From positions 90,768,001 through 90,832,000 of the forward strand of contig NC_043006.1 of the NCBI RefSeq assembly GCF_006345805.1: a DNA stretch of 64,000 nt. Direction: 5' to 3'. Below are positions 51,973 through 64,000 of the stretch, in pieces. Position 1 is the stretch's first letter. Each line of letters opens with the position of its first letter. Made by a program: the position numbers and the translations under genes. Source of the stretch: Octopus sinensis (lineage: Eukaryota). The notes under the pieces are model-generated. The model did not search any database and had not been told where the DNA came from. It saw only the letters and a program-made list of their open reading frames with translations.

Positions 51973-53884
51973 TTATATATATATATATATATATATATGT
52001 TTACCTTTTGTGTATCTGTATGGAGAGGAAGTGTTATGTATGTATGTATAGTGAGTATGTATCTGTGTATGTGTATGTGTGTATTATAGAATAGTTTTAA
52101 AAATCCGTTATTCCATTACTGTAAGTTTCTTGCTTAAAACACATTCCTCAGATTGTAATCTTAACAATTGATTAATTGATTGGTAGGCCATTTTAATTAT
52201 TGTCTTACTTTGTGGTATTTCTTGCAAATATGATATAATAATGTGTGTATATATATATGTTCTTGTGTGTTCTGTATGTTTTTAATCTGATGAATTTTTT
52301 TCTATAAAGAAAGGGTTTAGAAACAAAGCTCCATCATTAAACTTTAGATAACAACAAAAGTATAAAGTTACAAGTTAAGGGTTAAAAGAAGTCTTGCATT
52401 TGTTCACTGTTCCACTTACAGAATTTCTTGAACACAGAGTACAAATTAGACTGTCTCTTTCTTTATATAAAACCCTATTTTTTCATACTATTACATAAAC
52501 ATTTAGTAACATAACCAAGTGCACCAACAAGACTGGGTACAAAGTACAAATGTGGATCTGTTATCTGGTTTGCGAAGTTGTACATTTCAAAATATTTAAC
52601 CGTAATTGTTCTCTTTGTCACTAATTCTAAGTGAAATGTTCACATCTGCCTGCCATTCAGTTGACCTCCATAAGTAGTACATAATTTTGATTTTCCATAC
52701 CAGGGTTGTTGTCATCATCATCATCATCATCATCACCCTTTAACGTCCGCTTTCCATGCTAGCATGGGTTGGATTACATTTAATTGAAGTTTTATATTTA
52801 TAAGAATATTCTACTAATATTCCTCGTATGTTGAGAATGTATGAATATATACTCAACATTAAGTTTCTTTTAAATATTTATTACAGTGTATTTGTAAATT
52901 ATTTTATACACAGATACCTTAAATTTTACGGAGGGCAGAAAATGACAAGTCAGGGTGTTTGTAATTTTTTTCTTCTTTTTCTCCTACATTATTAAATGTG
53001 AATCTACTGAATATTTTCAACTGTTGAGTGAATCTGTTTTCTAGATTTCTCTTGCAAAGATCTCCTTGCTGTCCTCTAAGCAGTTGCTTAACCTTCTAGA
53101 AATAACAGTTAGATTTCCCTCAAAGTACATCTTAATATCATAGAAAAGGATGTATGAGATATATGCTTATGGTCCTGTGTGCTCTTCAGCTTTAACAAAA
53201 ACTATGATCTTTACATATCTACATTGTTGGATCTAAACAGCACTTTCAAAATAAGAAGGCTTATTGTACTTTAGTGTGTATTATCTATTTTCATGCTCAT
53301 CATTTTATTTAGTATTTCATTTACCGACTACTGTATATTAATTATCTAAGAATATATAATTAATAATAGGTTTGATTGAACAGTGAGCTAACTTACTAGT
53401 TCTGTTATTGTTTCTTTCAAACTTGAAATTTTTAGCATTTATGAAGAACTTTTTGAGTCTCAGCACATACATGTGAACACGCATGCGCGCACACACACGT
53501 GTGTGTGTATGTATCTATATATTTCATGACAACCTCACTAATGGTGATGTCTTGAAAAAAGCATGTTGCAAAGTGGTTGGAGTTAAGAAGATTATCCAGC
53601 CATAGAAACCATGCATAAGTAGACAATGGAACATGATGTAGTTTTGGGACCCATCAGATGCTCTCAAACTGTCCAACCCATGTATCAGCATGGAACATGG
53701 GCATTAAGTGATGATGATAATGATGATATATGTACATCCATCCATCCATCATCAACAATTAACGTCTCTTCCATGCTGGCTTGGGTGGATGGTATATGTA
53801 TATATATATGTATTATATATATATGTATATATATATGTATATATATATTGTATATATATATATATGTATATATATATGTATATA

Positions 53885-53943
<59 letters not shown>

Positions 53944-54184
53944 TACCCATGCTTCTATAGAAGGCGGACATTAAACAACGATGATGATTATATATATATA
54001 TATATATATATATAAAATCATCATCATTGTTTAATGATTTATATATATATGATGATGATGATACATACATATATATATATATATATATGATGATGATGAT
54101 ACATACATATATATAATATATTATATATTATATATATATATATGATGATGATACATACATATATATATATATCTATATCTATAA

Positions 54185-55900
54185 AATAATATGTTACAAT
54201 TACTCAATAGTCAAGATAAAACTCTGAGTTTCAGATGCTGAAGTGGAAATCCACACACCATCTCTTCGGTTATCTGGCCATCTGAAAAAACGCTATGAAA
54301 AAATACCGTTATATAAAGGGAAATTACTGTGTTATAATTCTGCTACTTATATAAAATAAGATTAAAATTTCATAGTAAACACGTAAAACATGGCTAGTCA
54401 TATGCTCACATGTGCGCTTGCGGATCCATGTGCGTACTTATACGTCACTATGAAAACATACACATCTTCACTCGCATTTTTCGCCAAATACATATGCATA
54501 TATATACAAACTCATACGCACACACATGCGTACCGTAAAAGTTCATACATACGTCTATATACACACAAGCACAAGAAAAACCATGGTTAAAGGTAACATA
54601 AAAAAACATAAGGATGTATACAAAGCATAAAAACCACGTTCATATACGGACATGCCCTTATGCACTCATACACACACACACACCCATATATGTACATACC
54701 TGCACATGTTTATATACGCATACACACACACGCATACACAAAAAATGAATATACATATGCCCCCCCCCCCAAATAAACCTTTCAAAATGGAAAAATACTA
54801 AGTAAAAACTTCTATATATATATGCATTCTTATGTCCGCACACACGCACACATCTAGAACTGCCCACTCATACATATTCACACACGTGTACAAATGAATT
54901 TATATACATGTCTATATAGGCACAGGAAAAAATGCAGGATGGAAGAGTACAGAAAAAATTATTATGTGTGAAAATATAAAAATATATGAAATAATAAAAG
55001 GTATAATGAGATAAAAATCTTTTTGGGACATAATATAGAAAGCAAGTTCTATCTGTTTTCTTTAGGGGACCAAAACCGTAACAAAAATTTTGTCACATGT
55101 GGGCATGATCCAAAAACTTCTGTCCTTGAGTTTAGACATGTAGTAGGGTCTAAGCTGCTTTTCCAGATAAACCATCTCTCCATGTCACATAGACCGCACT
55201 TTCCGCTGCCGTTGGTGTAGGGCTTACATTTGGCCAAAATCTTCCAATGGATGTTATAATCGACACCTTTATCTTTTAAAGACCAAATATGATTAAATAA
55301 TTTTGTCGCTTTTCTTTTGTTCCAGTGCCTAAAACTCAAGGTGTGATTATTGAACCTGGCCTTGAAATTACCCTCTGTAAGGCCCACGTATTACTTCGTC
55401 GAAACGGTGTCTTTAGTGGTTATAGAGTCCACGGTAGCTTCATAGATGATGGTCTCGGACATGCAAGCTCCATTTAGCGGGCACAATTTTTTATTCCTGC
55501 ATGAACAGCTGTTTTCTTGTGGCTTTTGTGTGTTATGTGTGATTATATTTTTAAAATTGGTAGTTGAATAAAACTAATTTTTAAATTGTGTTTATTGAAG
55601 AGCTTCCTATAAGTATGGTTAACTGGAAAATGTCTATCTATTAATGTTAAGAAATATTTACCTATATTGAAGGTCACCTCGGGTGAGTAAGGGGGGTGTA
55701 AACCAGATGATCTTCCTATTTCTATTTTTCCTCTTCTTTACTGTTGGACTAGTAACAGGTGTATATTTTTTGATGTTTCCAAATCTGTTTCTTAACACAT
55801 GAATCTAAAATAATAATACTAGATCTTCACTAGCCATAAATTAGGAGAAGATTTCCTTGTAAACAAATAACAAAACTAGCTTCTGCAAGGTTATGCACTT
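54185..55900 (-). mobile_element. Penelope-like element 3' portion: GIY-YIG domain plus a long 3' UTR/pLTR with a hammerhead
   Basis: KIIWFTPPYS..NIGKYFL..IDRHFP..KLFNKHNLKISF, CSCRNKKLCPLNGACMSETIIYEATV..*YVGLTEGNFKARFNNHTLSF..ATKL..HIW.LK..WKIL..CKPY.NGSGKCGLC; HHR at 54214-54275 on the same strand. Confidence 0.9.
54214..54275 (-). ncRNA. Hammerhead-like motif with a CCGAAGA core
   Basis: agataa-CCGAAGA-GATG..gtgga..tccac..CATC-T-GAAA-C-TCAGA-G-TT-ttatct: 6-bp helix I, extra U before GAAA, GUU triplet. Confidence 0.6.
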
Positions 55901-55911
55901 ATTTTTTTTTC

Positions 55912-56643
55912 TCTTTTACTTGTTTCAGTCATTTGACTGTGGCCATGCTGGAGCACCGCCTTTAGTCGAGCAAACCAACTCCAGCACTTATTCTTTGGAA
56001 GCCTAGTACTTATTCTATCGGTCTCTTTTGCAGAACCGCTAAGTTACAGGAGTGAGGGCGCGTGGCTTAGTGGTTAGGGCATTCGGCTCATGATCGTAAG
56101 GTTGTGAGTTCGATTCCCGGCGACGCGTTGTGTCCTTGAGCAAGACACTTTATTTCACGTTGCTCCAGTCCACTCAGCTGGCAAAAATGAGTTGTACTTG
56201 TATTTCAAAGGGTCAGCCTTGTCACTCTCTGTGTCACGCTGATTATCCCCGAGAACTACGTTAAGGGTACACGTGTCTGTGGAATGCTCAGCCATTTGCA
56301 CGTTAATTTCACGAGCAAGCTGTTCCGTTGATCGTATCAGCTGGGACCCTCGTCGTCGTAACCGGCGGAGTCTTTAGAGAAGTTACAGGAACGTAAACAC
56401 ACCAAGCAATGTTGGGGGGAAAAACACAGACACATGGACATATACACACACACATATATATTTATATATATATATATATATATATATACGACGGGCTTCT
56501 TTCAGTTTCCATCTACCAAATCCACTCACAAGGCTTTGGTCGGCCCGAGGCTATAGTTGAAGACACTTGCCCAAGGTGCCATGCAGTGGGAATGAACCCG
56601 GAATCATGTGGTTGGTAAGCAAGCTACATACCACACAGCCACT
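55912..56643 (-). mobile_element. tRNA-derived SINE (host of a nested insertion)
   Basis: rc of the 7258 family; split at aagttacagga. Confidence 0.85.
56052..56379 (+). mobile_element. Young tRNA-derived SINE of a different family, nested, with an 11-bp TSD
   Basis: A box TGGCTTAGTGG, B box GTTCGATTCC, central tgtgtccttgagcaagacact; aagttacagga at 56041-56051 and 56380-56390; many CpGs retained. Confidence 0.92.
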
Positions 56644-56829
56644 AAATTAAGGGATCATTAATTGCTTTACTTCTGTCATTGTAGTTATATAGAAATTTTA
56701 ATATTTATTTTACATTTTATTTCTAGCTACATAAGCATTTATATGTTGAAAAGCAAATTGATATTGGGTCTTTTTAATGAACAGCTCTATGTTTAGTTTA
56801 AAGATTACTTTAAGATACTTTATAGGTTG

Positions 56830-56888
<59 letters not shown>

Positions 56889-57419
56889 ATGAATGCTTAT
56901 TTAATGTCAACAAAAATGCATTACTATTATTTTGGACAGTTACACAAAATTGTGTCTTATAAAGTCTGATGAACTACATCAGTCTATAGCATTTACATAT
57001 GGATGATTTTCCTATTCATAAAAAAAATTTTTTCATGAACAACATTAAGATATATGATATTAAATATATTAACTAAGTAAGATGCTTGTATGTATTCATT
57101 TACCTGCTCTTTTCCGTTCTTATCTAAACTGAATTTTGTATATTATTGTATTCCATATGTCTATTATGTAAGATTGAACTTAAGCCATCAGCAGCACAGG
57201 AAATCAATAGTCATATCCATTACACTACTCTGCAGGACTGTATTCAGATAGTGTATTGAGAGAACGATTGTGAAATGTTGAAGCTGTACTTCTGACTATT
57301 TGATAAGGTTTAAAGGTAGTCATTCATATAAGCATCACCAGCGTAAACACTTTGAGTAGCAAGTATGAAAATATGGTATATGTTGTAATGCTGCTCATTT
57401 AACATATTTGATTTCTTAT

Positions 57420-57810
57420 TTTTATCTTTTATCTTTTACTTGTTTCAGTCATTAGACTGTGACCATGCTGGAACACCACCTTGAAGAATTTTGAGTCAAG
57501 TGAATTGGCCCCCAGGACTTAATTTTTTTAATGTTAAGCCTGTGTTTTTTGACAAACTGCTAAGTGACAGGGTTGTAAACACACCAACGACGGTTATCAA
57601 GTGGTGGTGGGGGACAAACAAAGACACACATACACACACATACACTGGGCTTCTTCTAGTTTCCATCTACCAAATCTTCTCACAAAGCTTTGGTTGACCA
57701 AAGGCTATAGTAGAAGACACTCACCCAGTGTGCCACTCGGTGGGACTGAACCTAGAACCATGTGGTTAGGAAGCAGGCTTCTTGCCACACAACCATGCCT
57801 ACACCTATGA
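57420..57810 (-). mobile_element. tRNA-derived SINE
   Basis: rc of the 7258 family. Confidence 0.8.
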
Positions 57811-58299
57811 GTGTAATGAAAAAATGACTTTTTATTTGAGAGTAAAATGTTTTTAATATTATTAGCACAATAAGCAAAATGCTTTGCAGTGTTTTGTCTA
57901 CATTTTAAGTTTGAATTCCATTGAAGAAGACTTTTGGGATCAGTAAAATAAGTACCAGTCAGGTGTTAATGTAATTGACTTACCCCTTCCTTGAAATTCC
58001 TGGCCTTGCACCATAATTTGAGCCCAATATCTATTTTTAGATGTTATGTTCCCCCTGTGTTTGTAAACGTTTTAGTCCCAATTTTAATTTTACAGGAATT
58101 ATTATAAATTGCACATTAAATAGAAATGTAACTAGTATTAAAAAATCTTTTTTTTTTATACTTTTGAACATATGTACTGCCTAAATTATGATGAAGCATA
58201 TGCATTTTTTTAGGATGCTTAATTATTATCAAGGTACATAGACTTTATATTCAATAAGAAAATGTTATTATGATGGTGCCAAACCTCTTTTTTTGTTTC

Positions 58300-58500
58300 C
58301 ATGGTTTGGATTTGAAGAGAAGCCATACCCATGGCCTTAGCTGGCCTTCTAAGACCAGTGAAATTGATTTTGTATATAGTTGCAAGTCGATGACAAGCAA
58401 GGAAACATAGCTGGTAGGGGATTCCAGAGGAGTGGTGTTCAAGAGAGGAAGGATTAGGCATTGTGGTTGGTGTGGATGGTTAGTGAAGTTGATGCAAGAT
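58300..58500 (-). mobile_element. Old CR1/Jockey-like LINE 3' remnant
   Basis: TNHNA*SFLS*TPLLWNPLPAMFP resembles the SF..RT..LWN.LP C-terminal motif. Confidence 0.45.
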
Positions 58501-59759
58501 CAGTTATGAAAAGACAAAAAAACAAGTGAACTGGGTAACTGAAGTAAAGGTGGCATGAGATCATCTTGCTGCAAGAAGCAAAGTTCACAGCAATAATGGT
58601 AGAAAAAAGAAGGGAATTCTAGAGGAGTGATATTCTGAGAAGAAAGAATTATGCACAGTAGTTATTGAGATGGACAACATATGTAACAAGATGACAAATG
58701 AATAAGTTTGATGACCAGATCAACTAGTTCTAAAAAGCAGAGCTCTCAGTAGTAAGAGCAGAAAAGGCAGAGTGAGAAGACAAGAACATTTGTGAAGAGC
58801 AACTAGATGAAGTGTTTTGGTGAATGACTCCATGTCAGTTAGATTATCTAAATATAAACCATAAATTAGTCTATTTTAAAATAACAGTAGCACTGGAAAT
58901 ATTTATTCACATAAATTTATAGAGTTATGTATATTTATTGCTAGATATATTTGTACTTGCTTTTCATCAGGAAAGCTATCTACACCTTTGGAGTTAGAAA
59001 CATATCTCATTATCTCAGAAACAGGAAGCAGTTATAGAGTGATAACAATATTGATGCAATTACCATTTCTCATGTATGTTATCTTAAAAATTCCTCTGTG
59101 TTAAGTGTTCTCACCAAGATGAACCTATATCTGACACAGGTAGATATCAGGAGAAGAATGAGACAAGAAGAAAGAGAAATTCATAGCACATTTTAAACAT
59201 AATCTTTCTAATGTTAAAACATCACTCTAATCACGGCCTAACTTGTAGCTAAATTGATTGAAGACTCTTTGCCAATATGAACAACAAAACTTCTTCTTTA
59301 TGAAAAATAGAATTGATCACCACCAGTAAAGATCTATACAAGGGAGTATCACTAGCTTATGTTCCTTAAAAAATATTCATTTTATACATCTATGCCTATC
59401 TAAATGTGATGTATCACATCACATTTATCCATATATACCTAGAGTCACTGCTACTTTTGGTTTGTTTTGGTTAATAGTATCACTGGTATTGCCCATCTTT
59501 TTTCTAGTAACCTTTGTTAAGATTATGTTTCAGCTTCTAGTATTTGAACTTATGTTTCTCAATCTTAATGTACTTAGGGTAGTTGAGAAACCTTTCTAAG
59601 GTTATTATTTACAGTTAGGCAGTGTGCATAGTAAGAGAAGATGTTTTTTCATCCTTTGACTGTAGGATTCTATGCCAACAAAAGTGCACATGTAAATTTG
59701 CTGGGACTCTATATCTACATCATATTTTTCTTTTAGCTAAACCCTAAAAGATTTCATAT

Positions 59760-60070
59760 TCTTTTATTCTTTTACTGTGTTCAGTCATTGGACAACAGAC
59801 ATACCGAAGCTTCACCTTTACACATTGTACCATCCCCAGTATTTATCTCAATCTGGTTCATATTCTATGAATTTCTGTACGTTACAGACTAACTTACATG
59901 CACACACACCTGTACATATGATGGGCTTCTGCACAGTTTCTGCCTACCAAATTGAAGTCAGAAAGCATTGATGACCCTGAAGCATTTGTTCAAGATGTTT
60001 GTTATGTCATGAGATCAAACCCAAAATCACATGGCTGCTAAACAAACTTTTTACATAACAAACCTGTTCC
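59760..60070 (-). mobile_element. Degenerate tRNA-derived SINE
   Basis: ttcagtcattggac...tttctgcctaccaaatt...aaaatcacatggctgctaaac. Confidence 0.65.
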
Positions 60071-61180
60071 TGCACCTTGTAACACAAAATGATTTCTTTT
60101 GATTAGTTGTGTAGTTGTGTAGATATGTATATAAATGCTACAGCATCTTCCAAGGCTCATTGTTACTGGTGTTAATGTTTACAAAAATGTACATTTTCCT
60201 ATTTGATATATCTTATCTGAAATATGACTTGATGCTATCAAATTTAAAACTTATCTTTTCAAATGTTACTTTTTTTTCTGTTTTGTTTATTGCATTTTTA
60301 ATAATATTCAGCAACTGCAATTAGCATATAAAATAGAATGGTGTATCACCTGATGAAATTTGATGTTCAGTCTTTTTTCCCCTTATTTGATTTAAGATGC
60401 TACATTGCAAAATCATTTTGGAAACACTACTGCATCAATCAGGTTTTCCAATCAAGCATAGAGACTCATTTGAATATGTTTAAAAAAAAAAAACGTATTT
60501 TTCAGTGTTTTTGTGAAATGTGGTTTCAAGTTTCTGCAATACGTCTTTTTTTTTTAAATGTAAATCAATCTTTATTTTATATTTAAAATACTTTATGAAT
60601 TACTTTTTGCTATGGTGTGAAATAATCTTAAACTTAGGACTCTCTAAAATATTCCTACATCAATGCATAATGCAATTATTTTGTGCATTAAAATTAATTC
60701 TTGTAGGATTTTACTTGGATTATTCCTGCTACCATAGTCTCAATGGACATTTGATGAATGATGTGTTTGTAACTTTTAAATTTATCCTCTGGAACTGTAG
60801 TTAATTACAATTTATTCAGCTGTAATAAATAATAAAGTTATTGTTTTATTTATGTCTTCTGGATATTTCATTCTCTCCTTTTCTACCAAATAAGAAGTCG
60901 TCTATTTGATTAAATGAATTTTAGGGCCTAGTCTTCTTTGTATAATTTAATGCCGTCTTGGGTTGGAAGAATTAATTCTCTCTTGTAATGTAATAACTTG
61001 CAGGTATAAATCTTGTATGTTGTATGTCAAATTATAACGTTTTAAATTTGTAGTATACTATTTCCATTAAAATGAGATATGTTTCTTTAAGCTGAGCTGA
61101 TGTTTCTTCAAAATCAATTTTCTTGTTTCTGTAGCTTTTATAAATGAATTGCATAAAAAGTACAATTCACTTATCAGTAT

Positions 61181-61213
<33 letters not shown>

Positions 61214-62879
61214 TACACACACACACACACACACACACCATCCTTATGCTTAGTTTCCAATGATGGCATGCTTTATATAGGTCTGGTAGGTAAATCATGT
61301 GTCTGAATTATCTGCTAGGTCATCAGGGATTTCCAATGGCCTTGTGTATGCTCTAACTATTCACGTAATGTTCTCACTAGTTTGCTATAGTTACTTTCCA
61401 CTGCCAATTCACAACAATTATCCGGTATGCTTTAATAGATATTTGGGATACCTAACTGCTCTGAAAATTCACTGATACTAAGTTTTCCTGGTATATGAGT
61501 GTTGAAAGGTCAGACAACCATCTTTGCTTTGTTCCTCTCTTCTCGACCCCATGCTGCATGAGTACAGATCCTTGGTGAACATGAGTCTTTGCTCTAAAAT
61601 TCCTTATTTAACCTAAACATACTTTTGATTACTTTCATGTGTAACTTCAAAAATTTGTGGAGCCTTTTACCATCCTCTTTCATCACAGTTTTGAAAACCT
61701 TTTATGTAAAATATCGTTAGTTAAATAATTAATTAGTTTGGCAGCAGCCAGTTTTGTTACTCATATTATTTCTTGTATATTGCTGCCTTCAATTTCTTTA
61801 TTTATTTTCTCTATGAGTAATTAATTCTACACACTTCATTGACTTTGTCCTGCCTTCATTGGTTTCTGAATTCAACCGCTAGTCTGTTTTGTTGGAAATA
61901 TATCCCTGTTGTGATGAACTTTTTGAGTTCTTAAGGAAAAGGCACTGGTAAACTTTACATTGTGAATACAAATGTATCTGTATCTGAGTGTTTGTTAAGA
62001 ACAAATTCAATCAGTCTGTGTGTCATACTGGTTGGTTCAAGGGCAAGCTGATCTGTTAGTTTTCTGAACTTTGTATTAGCAACGGTAAAGTTAATCAAAG
62101 CAAAGAAACCCAGTGAGGTTCAGTTCTCTTCTTTCCCTGTGTTCCTCTAGAGGAGTGCATTTTAATTATTTTTAAACAATTTAAAATTAAATTTGATAAA
62201 ATAATCCTTATTCAAATAATTAGAAATTCTTCAGGGTGCACCCTGTACTTGTCTGTGGTCAGTTATGTATCTTCTTTCAAGCCATAGATTCTAACATATG
62301 TACTGTAATTTTATTTACAATATCCCATCTTGGGACTAATTAATTTAAAAGATAAATTACTAGTGAAGCTATATTGAAAATGGATCTTTATGGTGTTCTG
62401 AGAAAAATCAGGTTATGAATTAAGAAAAGTGTGTTGCTTTATTAATTAATTAATGCCTGAAAGTCATGAAAACAAAATTATAGATTTATATTCATTTTGT
62501 TTTCTGATTTTCAAAAATGCTTAGAGGTAGCTTTTAAGAAAGAAAGCAGTTGTATTTGCATCTAAAAAAATCTTTGAATTGAGAATTGAACTGTATTTTC
62601 TATTTAGTACTAACAGAGTAGTTCATCATACAATGATACTATTTTACAGTAAATATGATAGACTTTGGTGTTCTATTTAAAAATGAAACTTGAGGCTTGT
62701 AGCTTGCAGTGTGATGTATTTGTACATGATCTCTTCACAAAATTTATGAACTGGCTGAACTTCCAGCTCTTCATCTGACTGAAATCTGAACAGTATTCAG
62801 AAAATACCAGCAACTAATTTAATTTGAGTTTGAAAATTATGTCACATCAGTTTGTGTTTGCATATATGTATTTTATGTT

Positions 62880-63720
62880 GTACTTAGTGTGTTTATATGT
62901 GGTCCTTGTGAAGCAAAAGCAGGAAAAATACTTTGTTAAGAATAAACTGCTATTCCTGGCTTTCATTAATTTGGAGAAGGCATTTGAAGGAGTACCATGT
63001 TCATTAATTTGGTGGTCACGAAGGAAACTGGGTGTGGATGAGTGGCTTGTGAGGGCTGCACAAGATATGTACAAAGATGCAGTTAATATAGTAAGAGTTG
63101 ATAACAATGTCAATGATGGATTTAGTGCAAAGATAATAATAGTCCCTCAGTCCTCTTCTAGTCATCATAATCTTATGGGACCATCAGAGAGGAGTTTAAG
63201 CCTGGATGTCCATGGGAGCTCCTATATGCTAATGATTTAGTTCTCTAGGCTGAATCTCCAGGGGAGCTAGAGAGTAAATTCTGGTCATGAAAGCTAAGCC
63301 TAGAACCTCAAGGCCTGAAGATGAACCTAGAAAAGACTGAGGTTTTAGCTTGTAGAACCTTGGTCTCTTCAGGAGAATGGCTTTGCTCACTATTCAGAAA
63401 AGGGGTAAAATATAACTCCATATGCTGTACCCAATGTAAACCATGGACATGAGATGTGGAGTGGAGTCACAGGCAGACTAACAGAGAAAGTAAAGTTTTT
63501 CTGCAACTGATATATTGGAGTGGTATGTACTCTGAGCACACCAGAAATAAACTCTCGTAAGTGTTTAACAGATTTAGTTACCAAGGAGATGTAATTAGCA
63601 GGGGAGGTAGTGGCTCCAAAATATATTGCAGTAGCCAAGGTAAGAACAGTTTGGAAGAAATTCAGGGAGCTTCTACCGTCAGCAACAAAGATTTTTATCT
63701 TCAGAGTGAAGGGCAGATTA
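62880..63720 (+). mobile_element. Old RTE LINE RT fragment
   Basis: KNKLLFLAFINLEKAFEGVPCSLIWWS..KLGVDEWLVRA, GCPWELLYAND, a remnant finger (CSLFRKG..NSICCTQC), YQGDVISRGG. Confidence 0.9.
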
Positions 63721-64000
63721 AACTACAAATTTTGAAATTTTTTACTAACTGTGCTTGCATATTAAACTAAAATAATATTAGAATGATAGTCTGATAGTAA
63801 TGTATTATAGTAATGTATTTCAGGATATTGTAATGGTTTGTTATGTATCAAAGTTAAGTTTTAAAATATTAGCTCTCATTTCAATAATGATTATCTTATT
63901 GGACTAATAGGCTAAAGATTGTACTCAGTTTATTGTTGGATTCTAAGCACTATATGCACCTTCTCACCTTGCTCGTGTTACATATTTTCTTAATAATGGA

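Noticed and set aside
56052-56125. tRNA gene
   Set aside because: The tRNA-like head continues into a SINE body bounded by a TSD; it is not a standalone tRNA.

Overview
This is strongly AT-rich, microsatellite-dense eukaryotic DNA with no long intact host ORF. The SINE families and (GAT)n-tailed RTE LINEs resemble those I recall from octopod cephalopod genomes; that assignment is an inference. Nearly all ORFs in the supplied track are microsatellite read-through or retroelement fragments. Recognisable content: (1) a near full-length but disabled RTE-clade LINE (45771-~49450, minus) with an APE endonuclease and an RT carrying a C4HC3 PHD-type finger inside the RT domain, plus several older RTE fragments; (2) an R4/Dong-like LINE fragment; (3) decayed piggyBac and Tc1/mariner transposases; (4) many tRNA-derived SINEs, one nested with an 11-bp TSD; (5) Penelope-like (GIY-YIG) element fragments. 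The most interesting signal is about ten type I hammerhead ribozyme (HHR) motifs from several unrelated families, all with a palindromic or near-palindromic minimal helix III. They range from intact cores (35342, 36148, 51789), through two CCGANGA core variants (34296, 54214), to decayed relics. They sit in Penelope pLTRs, in non-coding retrozyme-like units, and in foldback elements hinged at or near the ribozyme core. A few small candidate host exons (24161, 26717, 29089; plus strand) suggest the window may be intronic to an unidentified gene. All structures were read by eye and none has been computed or searched.
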